The position numbers and the translations under genes were made by a program. Source: Spongospora subterranea f. sp. subterranea (taxonomy: Eukaryota). From it: 22,341 nt of DNA. Positions 1 to 10,978 of this stretch are shown here, piece by piece (the stretch's first letter is position 1; each line of letters starts with the position of its first letter). The notes under the pieces were generated by a model. It saw nothing but the letters and a program-made list of their open reading frames with translations, had not been told where the DNA came from and did no database searches. Where the stretch lies: contig JAUGWO010000088.1 of assembly GCA_049724395.1 (NCBI GenBank), positions 62,001 through 84,341 of the forward strand, written 5' to 3'.

Positions 1-1200
1 TCACGATAAGTGACTCAAGGCGAGCAGGATCATGGCGAACCGTCCCTGAGGAATACAGACGGCCACAGTATTTGGCTTCTGTTAAGTAGTTATCGGCAGA
101 TGGAGCATGTGCCAACAAATCATCAACCCAAATTAGAAGTTGGAATTGCGACAATAACGGGCGAAAGATTGTTTCCTTGCCTTGTTGAAACGCGAAAACA
201 GAATTCATGTTTCCATGTGGAAGACGCAGCGGTGTAACGATCCCCAGAGGAGTCAACATCAATTGTGATTCAATTGCACCATCTATGGGAAATTGCCAAA
301 AACCCTTGAAAGCATTCAAAGTGGCAAAAACGTTGGAATTTGACAGAAACTCGCCGATAGCGTGCAAGTGGGGCATTGGATACATTCTACGTTTGATCTG
401 GGAATTAGGATAATGGAGATCCACGACAGAACGAAGAGAGCGATTTTAACCAGGTTTCGGTACACAGAAGACTGGAGACGACCATGCAGAATTAGGTTGG
501 CACAGTTCTGGCCGAGCATCTTCGTTTAACTCTAACAGAAAGGGCGGAATGTCAACGGGAGGGTCAGGACCAAGATTGACCCTGAAGTTATCACGATAAT
601 CGGATATTAATGATCGTAGCCGCTTAACGAATGCAGAGGCGGCGCCTTCCTTTACAGCTTCCTGGACGATCTGATTTAGCGCTTCGTTTAGCTCAGAGTC
701 TTCAGATGTTCCAAAAGCGAAGGCATCTGCTTCCTCCACACACGGATAATCGGATCCAGGTGGATTGGAGACGATGCCAGACGGATCTTCGTGAGGTTCA
801 TCAACAATATCAACTTGCTGAGCACCCAGCGCAGCGACCATGCTTTCCACGTCTATACCTAGCACTAGAATAAGTGGTCGGCCCAGCAGGACCTCAGGCA
901 TGTCGACCTCGAGAACGTAAATCCAATGACGCCTGACTGTTACGGTTCCAGCAGATGTTTGAATAGTCAGATCAGCTAGAAACTTCAAAGAAGATTTGTA
1001 GATGGAGCCATCACTTAGACTGAAGTGTCGTAGCACCTCGCAAATATCAGGATTGAATGACGACAAACGCTCCCAAACGTTCTTGCCGACGACGATATAA
1101 TCAGCCATCGTCCAAAAGCGTGGCAAAGTCAAAACCATGAGAGCCGGTAGAAATGCCACAGATGAAATGAGACGCGAAATAGGTTTAGAATCTAGGTGAA
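1..1200 (-). pseudogene. pol: pol remnant: aspartic protease and reverse transcriptase
   Basis: Manual translation gives FATLLDDG (~1104-1130) frameshifted into DYIVVG, then VLLGRP. After the stop at 446 it reads VVDLHYPN...ATLNAFKGFWQFP...PLRLPHG...FQQA, then LIWVDDLL (WVDD at 119-130) and AKYCGR...HDPARL. Confidence 0.9.
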
Positions 1201-1375
1201 CAGGAGTATCGTTCGATGTTGTGAAAGATTCATTGGACTCCGCAACAGAAGCCAAACGAATCGTAGATGGTATTGAAGGCGGTGACCAGAAAGAATTGTA
1301 GTCAGCGACAGCCAACCGATTGGCTTTGGCTGCGGGGGAAGGACTAGAAGACGTTGATGGTGCAGCGGGAGGCGA

Positions 1376-2344
1376 CTACGATGATGTGGCTGGAACTGGG
1401 GCAGTAGATGATCCTGCACCATCAGCAACGGTTCTCATTGCTGGGTTCCTTGACGGGATTGGTGGCCTTGTGAAATTTGGCTTATAAAAGGTGTTTGAAG
1501 AGCCAGTGGATACGGTAGCTGGCCTTGGGGCAGACCTACTCTGCTGACCTGTAGTTGGGCCTGCAGAATTCGATGCAGCGGAGGGGTTGACCGATGCTGC
1601 TCGTTTTGCTTGCCTGAATTCTTCGAGCAGACGTCTTGCTTCGTCCGGAGTACAATCGGGACATTGCATAACGTGATGGGAGGCTTTACACTTGAAACAT
1701 TCGAACGTTCTAGTGGTGGGCACGGCAGCCCTGCCTGCAGGATTCGGGGAGTCACGGTTGAAACGATTAAAAGCCTTTAACGTATCAAGAACGAAAATCG
1801 TGAAACTTAGACAAATCGGACTGGCACTCGATCTCCTCGACATCGAGAGCAGCTCTGACGGTATCACGTAGCGATACAGGATGAAGAGCGTCTATCATTC
1901 CTTGTATCTGTTTCCTTTGTACCTCTTCATGTTTCTTGAAGTGCTCCGTTAGGCCTTGTTTATCCAGGATTTGATCGGACTGGCGAAAGAGGTCCAGAAT
2001 ACTGAGTAGGGGATCGTCGTATGAACGAATTTCAGAGGCTTGAAAAGACCTTTGCTGCCATAGGCGTTTCGGACTGCAACACCAGTCTAATCCTTAAGAT
2101 GCTGGGAAAGGGCGGCATCCTCAACAGTCTTAATTGAGCCAGAGGGCAGTTTAAGTATGTAACTACAGATGTGGTTCAAGATCCACGGTACGATAGCACC
2201 GCGAAGCGGCGTTGCAGTAAGCTGGCGATCATCAGCTACCGCCTGATTGAAACGCTTGATATTATCTTGGTATGCATCCCATTCGCTAAGAAAGACTCTG
2301 ACGACGCTACGATCATAGCCTTCAAGCTTGGGAGGGGCTACCAA
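1376..2344 (-). pseudogene. gag: gag remnant with CX2CX3HX4C zinc knuckle
   Basis: ORFs 2087-2344 and 1376-1867 are broken by a stop and frameshifts. A CCHC knuckle is followed by a Ser/Pro-rich linker. Confidence 0.8.
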
Positions 2345-2399
2345 CGAAGTTTAAACAGGGTTCATATCGAGACGCAAGTAGATAGCGCCGCGTAAGTGT

Positions 2400-2468
2400 A
2401 AAGCGGGACGTGAGTAAGATGGGCAAAGCGGGACGTGAGTAAGATGGGCAAAGCGGGACGTGAGTAAG
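2400..2468. repeat. 25-bp tandem repeat (AAAGCGGGACGTGAGTAAGATGGGC) x2.75 in the retrotransposon 5' region
   Basis: Exact copies at 2400-2424 and 2425-2449, partial copy at 2450-2468. Confidence 0.95.
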
Positions 2469-2552
2469 GTAAAGCACAAGTGGGTAGGATGACGAAGGAT
2501 GTCTGATATAACAGCGCAATCTTCGATCAAAGAAGAATGAGAGATGATCCCT

Positions 2553-2850
2553 AAAAAAAAGGGTGTTATGCCGACTCTAGCTGAGAATAGCTACAAGTGA
2601 GCTAGCTGGAGCGGGAACGGAAAAACGAAAATAGGCCTATGAGACGGGTTCCGAGCCGCCAGGGGTGAAGTGAGGAAGTCTAAAACAGAACTACGTACCT
2701 AAAACGAGTGTTCTAAACATGAACTTGATGAAGAGTGTGCTATATTGAGTCATAGTTAGCAGGTCATAAGGCAGTAGGGCACATGACCTGCGTAAAGTGA
2801 AATATCTTGAAAATAGTAGAAAATAGGCGATTCTTACGCCTCACGTAACA
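2553..2850 (+). mobile_element. Polypurine tract plus putative 3' LTR (287 bp) of a second LTR element
   Basis: AAAAAAAAGGG (2553-2563) is followed immediately by TGTTATG (2564). A matching inverted end CGTAACA finishes at 2850. Confidence 0.6.
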
Positions 2851-3089
2851 AATGCAGGATTGGTTGGTGAGATATGCGGTTTTGCATTGCCTTGCTTGAA
2901 CATATATTGGTCGCCGCGTATCCTGTATTGGCCATTTGACTCTTTTTTCTCCTCTAATACACGGATCTAATTCCACCGATTCTCTCTCCTTCCCCAATGT
3001 ACAACACCAAGTAATGCTACCATTACGATTGATCGTTGCCGGTATCAAATCACTTGCGAATTCTTATGTCATTTCCCGTGCTGACTATC

Positions 3090-4158
3090 CTCTTAGAACT
3101 GTTTCGAGATACTGCATCACAACCGCAAAATCTTCGTATGTTCGTCAAACGCAACATGGATCGATCCAGGTGGTCAAACCGGAAATTTCGATTGCTCAGA
3201 CGGTTCCTGCTGATTGGAAAACTCGTGACGAGACGGACGCGCTTCACATCTGCCAAGTGTTTTAAACGAACAACGCTGATATCGAAATCGCTGCGGATGA
3301 GATGTTCATGCAGTTTCATGCTACGAAGGACCGTTGTGTCGCCCCTGTTGGTGTGAATCGTACTGGTAAGGTGAACCCTGATGATACCGAGAAGGCCGGA
3401 TTCACCATTGTCGTCGCTGCCGAGCGGCGATCTTCACGGTTGCTGGCACCATTTGGAATAATGACGGGCAAATTCGGCGGAGATGTTTTCCTACAAGCAG
3501 TCGGTCCTCACCTTTAACAGCTGACTGCTGTAATGATTTCTCACCTTTGTAGTGGGACTATTCCCTGGAAAAACCATCGGGTTGGTGTGGGATCGATCGA
3601 CACACTTTGGCGACATTGTGGATAACTGGGTCTTGCGGTATAACCGCGAGCATCCTTCTGCCCGAATCATCATCGCTTTCGTCGAGGCGGTTATGACCTC
3701 GGTCATGCAGATGTGCGACATATATGTCAACAAGCCCCTGAAACAACACATCCGGAACGCTTAAGACAAGTATGCCGACGAACGGATGGCCGGCATGATA
3801 TGTACGAAATTGCAGCCTGGCGAAACTTTGAAAGTCCCCAGAGAAATCGTTTGGGGATTTGTTGAAGATGTATTCCAACGCATTAATGCATCTAACGAGG
3901 CTATCTCGCTGGATCGCGGACGGATTCTGAAAATGCGGTCAGGATCCGTACTGGCTTGACCGCAGCGCATTCAGGCAGCACCTCAACTCACTAAGTGAAA
4001 ACTCAATTTACCCAAAGATGGAAGATGCCGCTAGACCGCTGAAATTGTTCAATACACCCCTTTCTCGCAAATAACAGAAGTATATCCAGTAATCAAATCA
4101 CTTTTTTCCCGTCATCCGTATTTTTGATTTTGATGACGCAATTTTCTGTGCTCTACGG
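3090..4158 (+). mobile_element. Degenerate pogo-family (DDE_1) DNA transposon
   Basis: Motifs across frames: AADEMFMQF...EKAGFTIVV...APFGI; GLVWDRSTH; MTSVMQMCDIYVNKPLKQHIR. A possible right terminus ...TACGG|TA lies at 4158-4160. Frameshifts and stops are present. Confidence 0.8.
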
Positions 4159-4160
4159 TA

Positions 4161-4318
4161 CACCGTTAACCGTATTTAGTGTCACACCACTGGTAATATT
4201 GTATTTACCCACTGCGCACAAAATTCAAAGTGACGTCATGTCTGATTGGGTACAAGTCGAGGAAGCACGAGGCCACGCAGTCACAAACCCTAGGTGACAC
4301 TAAATACGGTTGGCGGTG
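4161..4318. mobile_element. 158-bp MITE of Tc1/mariner type with 25-bp TIRs and TA target-site duplication
   Basis: The left TIR CACCGTTAACCGTATTTAGTGTCAC (4161-4185) matches the reverse complement of 4294-4318 with 2 mismatches. TA flanks both sides (4159-60, 4319-20). Confidence 0.85.
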
Positions 4319-4395
4319 TAGTCGTAAAGACTTGCTGGTCGAACTGAACAGTCCGATCACGCACATTGGTACTGTAGACGCCGGAACCACGGTCA

Positions 4396-4533
4396 AGTCT
4401 TCAAAGCGGCGTACCAGCAAGCCGGTCACAAATCGCAGCAACTTCCGCTATCAATTGCAATGGCCAAGAGCTGCTGATAAAGCAAGTTGCTGCAATTCGT
4501 GACCGGCTTATGACTGCACCGCTTCGAAGACTG
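4396..4533. repeat. Imperfect inverted repeat or foldback, probably an old MITE
   Basis: Core arms 4419-4444 and 4484-4509 match at 24/26, with weaker pairing out to 4396/4532. The right end is ...ACTG|TA. Confidence 0.7.
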
Positions 4534-5265
4534 TAAACTCACGCGCTGATGCCCTTCGACGAGGGAGCCCTGAAATTGAAGTGCAAGGGTCCGCCTCCAT
4601 TGCCCCTCAAATGCACAAAATTCACCTAACAATTTTTTTGCCAGTTCACTCTTAACGCACCAAAAACCAACCATTTGCTTGATTGGGAAAGTGACGACAA
4701 CGTCTGCAACGATATTGATATTGCTGCCGAACTAAGAATGGCTTCACCTTTGCACTCACTCAATGTACAGTGATAATGGTCTGCAGCGACTCACTCAACA
4801 GTTCCCATGACGGATTTCCATAACTCTGATTTCGCCAAGCCATGTCGATGCACTGATAATAATATGTTTCAAGACGTATATCGTATTTTCAATACAGATC
4901 GGCGACTTTTGCGTCAATCAATGTAGAATCGAAATTAAACGACAGCTTTCCCTTTTTGTACAATGGTTAGTATTGTTGATTGCACTCGAAGCCACGTGTT
5001 TCCCCTTGGAGCTAGATGTTTTGAGTGATCAGCCAACAGTGTCGCGCCAAAGGCTTTCGATCCTGCATGATTGGCCTACACATGAACTTCGTCGCCAAAA
5101 CTAGCACAAAGGTCAGTCAATCTGGGAACATTGCGACAACGACCCTGATGGGAGCGTTGATTTGTCATATGGATTTACACATTTCGAACCAAACGCGTTT
5201 TTCAAAAGCTAAAGGCGAAAGAATACTTATAGTGCCGTCGAAATTACCGAAAACAGAAACATTTA

Positions 5266-6264
5266 TTATTCTAGTTGATTTAGTTGATCGCGAAGGGCGA
5301 CAAATTTCGAATATGTAACGGCATGAAGCTCGCCAAAAGATTTGCCTTGAGGACAGCAGCTGCATGATCCGCCATAGTATGCAGGAATTTGATCATCGCT
5401 GACCAACTCTCTAAGGGAACTCAGGTAATCCGACCCGAGAATCTTAATCCTGGCAGCAGTGAGCGGGTGAAGCCAGGGTTTAACCATACCCCAAAGCATG
5501 CGGAATATGAACGGGGCGTTAATCACGAACAACGTCTGCAATGACTCTGGGTAATAGTACTGATCGATATTGATTTGCGCTCGAAACGGTTCCGTGAATT
5601 GGCTGCCCATATCTGAGTCAACGATCAGTCAACGACGCCCAAAATTACGGTCAATAAACGTACGGTGCCGAGTCAATCCAGCAAGATCAACGACAACTAC
5701 GGCTTTATAGGTTTGATGGCCCGAATCTCGTTCGCATTTTTTCTTGATCTTCTGAATCATTTCCATCATTTGCGTATGGAATCGTCGTTGATCCTCAATG
5801 TTGAACGTTTGTAATAACAACGATGGATCTGTGAAACACGGGTTCTCATAGTATACAGGGTGTCCGCATTTGGAAATTCCATGGAAATCATGGGGCCATA
5901 GCTCGAAATACTTTGCTTCGTTGGGCAACGGACTCGCCAAGATTGTGTCGACATTATTCTGCTTTCGCCACTCCAAAGTCTCTCGCAACTTGGAAACGGT
6001 CGTGTCAAACCGGTCCTTTTCCTTCCTATATCCTCGAACGAACCTGATCAACATTTGTGGTTCGATTGGCATGTCGGCCGCAAACGTCTCCTCAAGCTTT
6101 TTATAAATCTACAGCATAATATGAACGTTAACTGCATACACCAACCTAGAAAACAACAACACTTCACAAACCTCTTGGTCATCTGGGGATAGCGGGGCAC
6201 TTTCCGGCGGTACTCCCGGGGCTAATAAAGCCGGGTTATTGCTGATACTATCGCTCCTGGACAT
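5266..6264 (-). CDS. Sec14/CRAL-TRIO lipid-binding protein, 3 exons (6264-6172, 6108-5664, 5612-5266), 294 aa
   Basis: GT-AG introns of 63 and 51 nt join into an uninterrupted 885-nt ORF. Motifs: LIRFVRG, LEWRK, HGISKCGHPV, VDLAGL, YYPESL..INAP..F..W..VKPWL, DQIPAYYGG.C.C. Confidence 0.93.
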
Positions 6265-6396
6265 TGCAGCGGTCGATTTGATTCCCACCGATTTGCAGTA
6301 GTTATTATCTGATGAAATGAGAGACTGGGGCTGCGCACCACAGCGATGATTAGTCCGCACACTGGTGACTCGTGAGGGGGGGCCTGAAACGAAAAT

Positions 6397-7127
6397 GTGT
6401 ACACAATGACCAACGTCGTGTGTAGTCGGAGATACAGGACAGGAATGACGACGACGAGGAGGCCGATGCCGATGCGATTGGGATTCGAATCCACAAAATA
6501 TCTGTACCTAGGAAATCGACAACAGGGTTCGGATAATATCCCGTTTGATGCACTGAGATATTTGGTGAACCTCTGCGATGAGCACAGTATATACGGGCGC
6601 GTATCAGTGTTCCCTTCTGGGATCGGCTGTGTTTTTATTCGCTCTGCAACGGTATATTTCGAGAAGGTACTTTTGCAGTTTTTCTGTGGCGGCAGGGCAC
6701 TTGACATCGACGACCATGTCAACGAATAGTAGTAGCTCGTCGTTGGACTGATCAAGGAAAGCGCCCTTGGTTGCAGCAGCAAGTATGGTTGCAGAGAACG
6801 CTGCTGGAAGACCACTAGCTAGGCATATCTCTCCTCGTTCATCACTGAGGATCTCGTTAGTGCAGCAATAGAAAAGGATGGCGTCAGCACAGGTCTTAGC
6901 TGCACAATAAACGACGGTCAGGTTATCACCAAATTACTGAAATATTGGGGAAATACTGGGGCGTTGAATCATATTTCGAATTTGCGAAGGATCCTCAACA
7001 ATTCGCTCCATATATTCGGCGATTGAAAGTTCTGGAACTACGAATTGATGATGGAACCCATTTTCAATATCGCCTCGGTTTCCCGATCCGGATTGAAGAC
7101 TGTAGCCAGGGCAATCCGGGCACATGA
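6397..7127 (+). pseudogene. Unassigned degenerate coding remnant
   Basis: A protein-like frame continues past tandem stops at 6727-6732. An 11-nt tandem duplication (6940-6961, AAATA[T/C]TGGGG x2) frameshifts ...LLKYWG/VESYFEFAKDPQQF. No family is recognised. Confidence 0.35.
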
Positions 7128-7403
7128 TAGATAAAGGTGCCTAAGCATCAATGATTAAAGTTGCACGTAAATATTGAATTCCAATCGAGGTTACAGGCAC
7201 AAGCGATTCCAATGAAAGCACTGGTTCAGGAATAGGCTTCGGCCGTGGACGACATGCATCTGCCTGATAACTGCAATAAACCAATTGCAAGAGCGGTGCA
7301 TTATCAACGGTCAAATATAAATTATCCATATCGACAATTTAACCGGCGTCGATGCAGTTCGATTCCTCTCCCGACGTGTTGGATGGAATGATGAAATACA
7401 GTA

Positions 7404-9068
7404 CTCCCTCCGTTCGGATTTAATGGGAACATTGTGCGCGGATTTTTGTTGGGAAATAATGGGACATTGTGCATGAATGGCACAATCCAATGAGCAGGTC
7501 AGACGATGCACTCTATAAATTCTCACATTAAAAGAAAAATCATATAATCAGACAATGTCGACTGCCCGAGCAATTATTCTGACTCTTCATTGAACAATTG
7601 GGGTACGAGTTGCCTGCTTCGCTGCCTCAATTGTCTCTGTTGCGCAGCATAAGTACTCGGGCAGTCGACACTGCTTGATTAAGTGATCCTTGTTCACGTG
7701 TGGGATCCGATAATTGTTTCCACCTCCGCATTTCATAGTTTCGTTCATGCACGAGTGATGAGTTAAGAACACCTTCTTCAATGTATCCTTATCGAGCTCG
7801 TGGAAAGCTTCATCAACGGCAGCAATGAGTTCATCGATCGTATTCATTGCTTTCGTGTGTTGCAAAGCCTGGATTGCATTGAAAAAACCAAGGTCAAGAA
7901 CGTTAGTGTCAGGACTGTTTGGTGGCTGACATGTCAAGCGAATATTCATGCCCGTCGCCTTGACTGCTTGGTTGAAGGCAGTATCCAATGGGCTAATATG
8001 CGGCTTGGCATTGTCCTATTGTATCACAACGGTCGCGCTTTGAACGGAATTGGGCCATTTACTGCGAATCGCTTGAATAACTTTTCCAATCATCATTTTG
8101 GAGTACTGGATTTTGTTGACAGATTCAATATTTTTGGTGACCAAAGTGCCTGCTGGTCTGTTTTTACTTCCTCGCTTGGCAGGTTCTTGGTAGACAAACG
8201 GCCAGATCCCAATTTTTCCGTTAAACCATTGATTCCTGGCTGAATACCATCTAGGTTTAGCAACAGCGGCAAGAAATATAACCTTAGTAATGAATCTCTT
8301 GCGTTTGCAAGTACGGTGTGGTGGTTCTTCATCAGCGGCCAAGTAGTACCTGGCAGACGTCTTGGAGATATTGAACCACTTCTCGTCGACATGAACGTGA
8401 TCATACATATCCTGGAAGTGTGGGGCACCAAGAGCAACACTTCCTTGATCCAACAATGACAAGCAATACTCGAGTCGAGCTTTTTTGTTGGCGTCGGTCA
8501 GGAAAGGCTTCACAGCATTAGTGTTCGGCTTTACAATCCCCTCCTTGATACGACCATGCAAAGTGGCCACCCCAATGTTTGATGCATGCGCCATCGATCG
8601 AATGTTGCACCGAAGCCTCAAGGGGATCGCTTGAATCTCAGCTGAACCTATGGCATTTCGTTTCCGTCCGACCTTTCCAATCTTGCGACTTGTAAAGTCA
8701 GTTGCGATGGATCCGTTTTCTTTCGATTTCCGTCCTTGTGACCAGATATTCGAAACAACCTTCCGCGTTATCAAGAACTCGGTTGCAGCAGCGTTCATAG
8801 CGCCGTACCGGAGGTTTCCATCAACCGTGCGTTCAAGCATAAACTCGTAAACATTTCGCCGTTGTTCAGGAGTCAGTTCTTTGCCCTTAGAACCAATCCT
8901 TCTGTTGTCCAAGTTCCCATTGTCTTCCATTGATGCAAACCGGTACTCCAAATATTGTCCTTAAAACTAGCAGCACTCGGGAAAACATATCTCACCGACG
9001 GTGACTTCCCGCCAAAAATGATTGTTACAGGCTTGGAAAGCCAGTGCAAAAACCTTTATTATAGCCTG
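7404..9068 (-). mobile_element. Plant-type (DD39D) mariner transposon with only the 3' TIR present
   Basis: TA followed by CTCCCTCCGT (the Stowaway/plant-mariner TIR consensus) at 7402-7413. The transposase lies inside. No partner TIR was seen; a gypsy fragment abuts at ~9069. Confidence 0.88.
7587..8930 (-). pseudogene. DD39D mariner transposase, 447 codons with one in-frame stop
   Basis: Motifs HVDEKWF, KVIFLAAVAKPR, GKIGIWPF, IQ*DNAKPH (TAG at 8016-8018 where Gln is expected) and QPPNSPDTNVLDLGFF. There are 39 residues between the 2nd and 3rd catalytic Asp. Confidence 0.92.
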
Positions 9069-9457
9069 CTCACGGTGCAGGAGTGAATTTACAAGAGTAA
9101 TAAGCTACAGGATGTAAGCCATCGGGGTGTTGTTGAGATAATATAGCGCCCAGGGCAAAATCGGATGTATCGGCCTCCACTACAATATCCAATTCGGGAT
9201 CAAAATGGCGTAGGACCGGCGCCGAGACGAAAGCAGACTTCAAAGATTGGAATGAAGCTTCGGTATTGGAATTCCACTGGTATGGGACGTTATTATTCGT
9301 TAAAGAGAATAGGGGATGAGTGATGCAAGAATAATTTTGGATGAAACCGCGGTAGAAATTCGCAAACCCCAAAAATGATTGGAGTTCTTTGACTGATTTA
9401 GGAACTGGCCATGTAATGATAGCAGAAATCCGTTCAGGATCCATAAACAAACCACGA
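9069..9457 (-). mobile_element. pol: Ty3/gypsy (Tf2/chromovirus-like) RT thumb to RNase H fragment
   Basis: MDPERISAIITWPVPKSVKELQSFLGFANFYRGFI...SAPVLRHFD...VEADTSDFALGAILSQ...HPVAYYS. Confidence 0.92.
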
Positions 9458-9933
9458 GATGAACTGGGCAAATACTCTAACGAGTTCCGTTTACTAGCGC
9501 AGGATGTTGACACACAGTCGACTTTTATCCACCAATACCGACAGGGTCTAAGTCCAGACCTTCAGCGCATGTTGATCCTGGCCGAAGGAACCGGGAACCC
9601 GTTCAACACGCTTGACCAACTCGTGACGACAACGACGTCCTTTCATTCTAAGATGGAATCTCTCCGCCCCACACCCGTTCGGGCCCACCAGCACGAACTG
9701 GCCAGGTTATGATAGCAGGGGCGGAGAGATTCCATCTTAGAATGAAAGGACGTCGTTGTCGTCACGAGTTGGTCAAGCGTGTTGAACAGGTTCCCGGTTC
9801 CTTCGGCCAGGATCAACATGCGCTGAAGGTCTGGACTTAGACCCTGTCGGTATTGGTGGATAAAAGTCGACCGTGTCCAGTCAACATCCTGCGCTAGTAA
9901 ACGGAACTCGTTAGAGCATTTGCCCAGTTGATC
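9458..9933. repeat. Near-perfect inverted repeat (arms 9458-9670 and 9718-9933, 47-nt loop) built from retrotransposon gag sequence
   Basis: The arms are reverse complements with few mismatches and one 3-nt indel. Both translate as gag-like SNEFRLLAQDVD(W)T..TFIHQYRQGLSPDLQ. Confidence 0.95.
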
Positions 9934-10039
9934 ATTTACCATGGTCAAACGGCGTAATGCATGGGGTCCTAAATATAGGTGTAGCCCGTTGGACAGGCTC
10001 GTATGGTAGAGCTAATAGTGGGATGAGGTAAAAGTGACG

Positions 10040-10740
10040 TTGAATATGTTCGGCCAGGGTTCGAACCCTCCAGCATTTCTCGAATCTAAAAAACACCGCA
10101 TTCAGCGGCGCCAAGCGTATTGGCGAGAATATATATTTGAAACCTTGCTTAGTGGCAAATTGTATCGCGATAGCAGGTGAATCATCTCACGCTCTTCCGT
10201 TTTCAAGTTCGATAAAAGATTAATTTGATGTAAGCCTCCAACTGGCGTGATCAACGCATTATTGATGATGTGGTTGTGATCCATGCATCTGTGATTGATG
10301 ACATAGTCCCCTGCCTTTCGATCGAATGTCAGATTGACATACCAACTGCAAGTGGATTTTAGTCGTTCCTCTTTCGGTGATCCTTGATCCCTATAGTTGC
10401 AATAGATTTTGGCGCGCTGCCAAATTTTGGATCCAGCTCCTTGTATTGGATGGGGATTAAGCACCGAAAATTGATTGCAAGTTACATGCGACGACGAACC
10501 TAGAAATGAAGGAGGCTAAGCAGCGAAACAGGGTGCGAATTACACCCAAACACAAACCCGTTAGCAAGAGCGAACTCGCGTGCATGTTGAACAATGATAT
10601 CAGGCGATAAGAAATGGCTGCTCACCGCCAACACTTCGGATTCGATTGACATGTGGAGCTCGTGGAAAATAGTTACTCCTAACAACGCGGGTCGTCTAAA
10701 TATTGAATTAAAGGAGGGCACTCCATCGAGTCTACTGTAC
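10040..10740 (-). mobile_element. Mutator/MULE-like transposase N-terminal fragment (FAR1/WRKY-GCM1 DNA-binding domain)
   Basis: HFLSPDIIVQHAREFALANGF is followed after a frameshift by IYC...KSTCSWYVNL...YVI..CMDHNH, the C..C..HxH pattern of FAR1-type domains. Confidence 0.65.
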
Positions 10741-10978
10741 TACTGTGCCGCGCCGCGTCCGGGACAAAAGGAGAGGTTCGAGTCGGGGTATTGCATTCAC
10801 CAAAGTTTGAGGCCACGACATCTAGGCGAGCTCTCTTGGATATGGGAGGAGACGCAATTGGGGAGAAGTTTCTATGGCAAGGATCGACGGCACCGTCATC
10901 CCAAAAAATCTAAGTTAATCCACTGGGGCACTTATTTTTGGGTGGACTGTAGTCCACGCGTGGACAAAATATTGCACT

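Larger units (their letters stand above)
1..2513 (-). mobile_element. Degenerate Ty3/gypsy LTR retrotransposon (gag-protease-RT), continuing off the left edge
   Basis: Minus-strand order is gag (APPKLEG..., 2087-2344), Zn knuckle CFKCKASHHVMQC (1661-1699), protease (LLDDG[fs]DY...LLGRP), then RT (SAWSSPVFCVPKP, GFWQFP, RLPHG, WVDD). A putative LTR start TGTTATA lies at 2513 on the minus strand. Stops, frameshifts and internal deletions are present. Confidence 0.9.

Noticed and set aside
4540..5260. Short ORFs and possible RNA genes in the intergenic region
   Set aside because: No recognisable protein motif or tRNA/rRNA structure.
6222..6815. 197-aa minus-strand ORF upstream of Sec14
   Set aside because: It has a non-ATG start and no recognisable motifs, overlaps Sec14 exon 1 in another frame, and is antisense to the plus-strand remnant.
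8016..8018. Alternative genetic code or read-through (TAG=Gln)
   Set aside because: The intact Sec14 gene ends in TAG and uses CAA/CAG for Gln; a point mutation is simpler.
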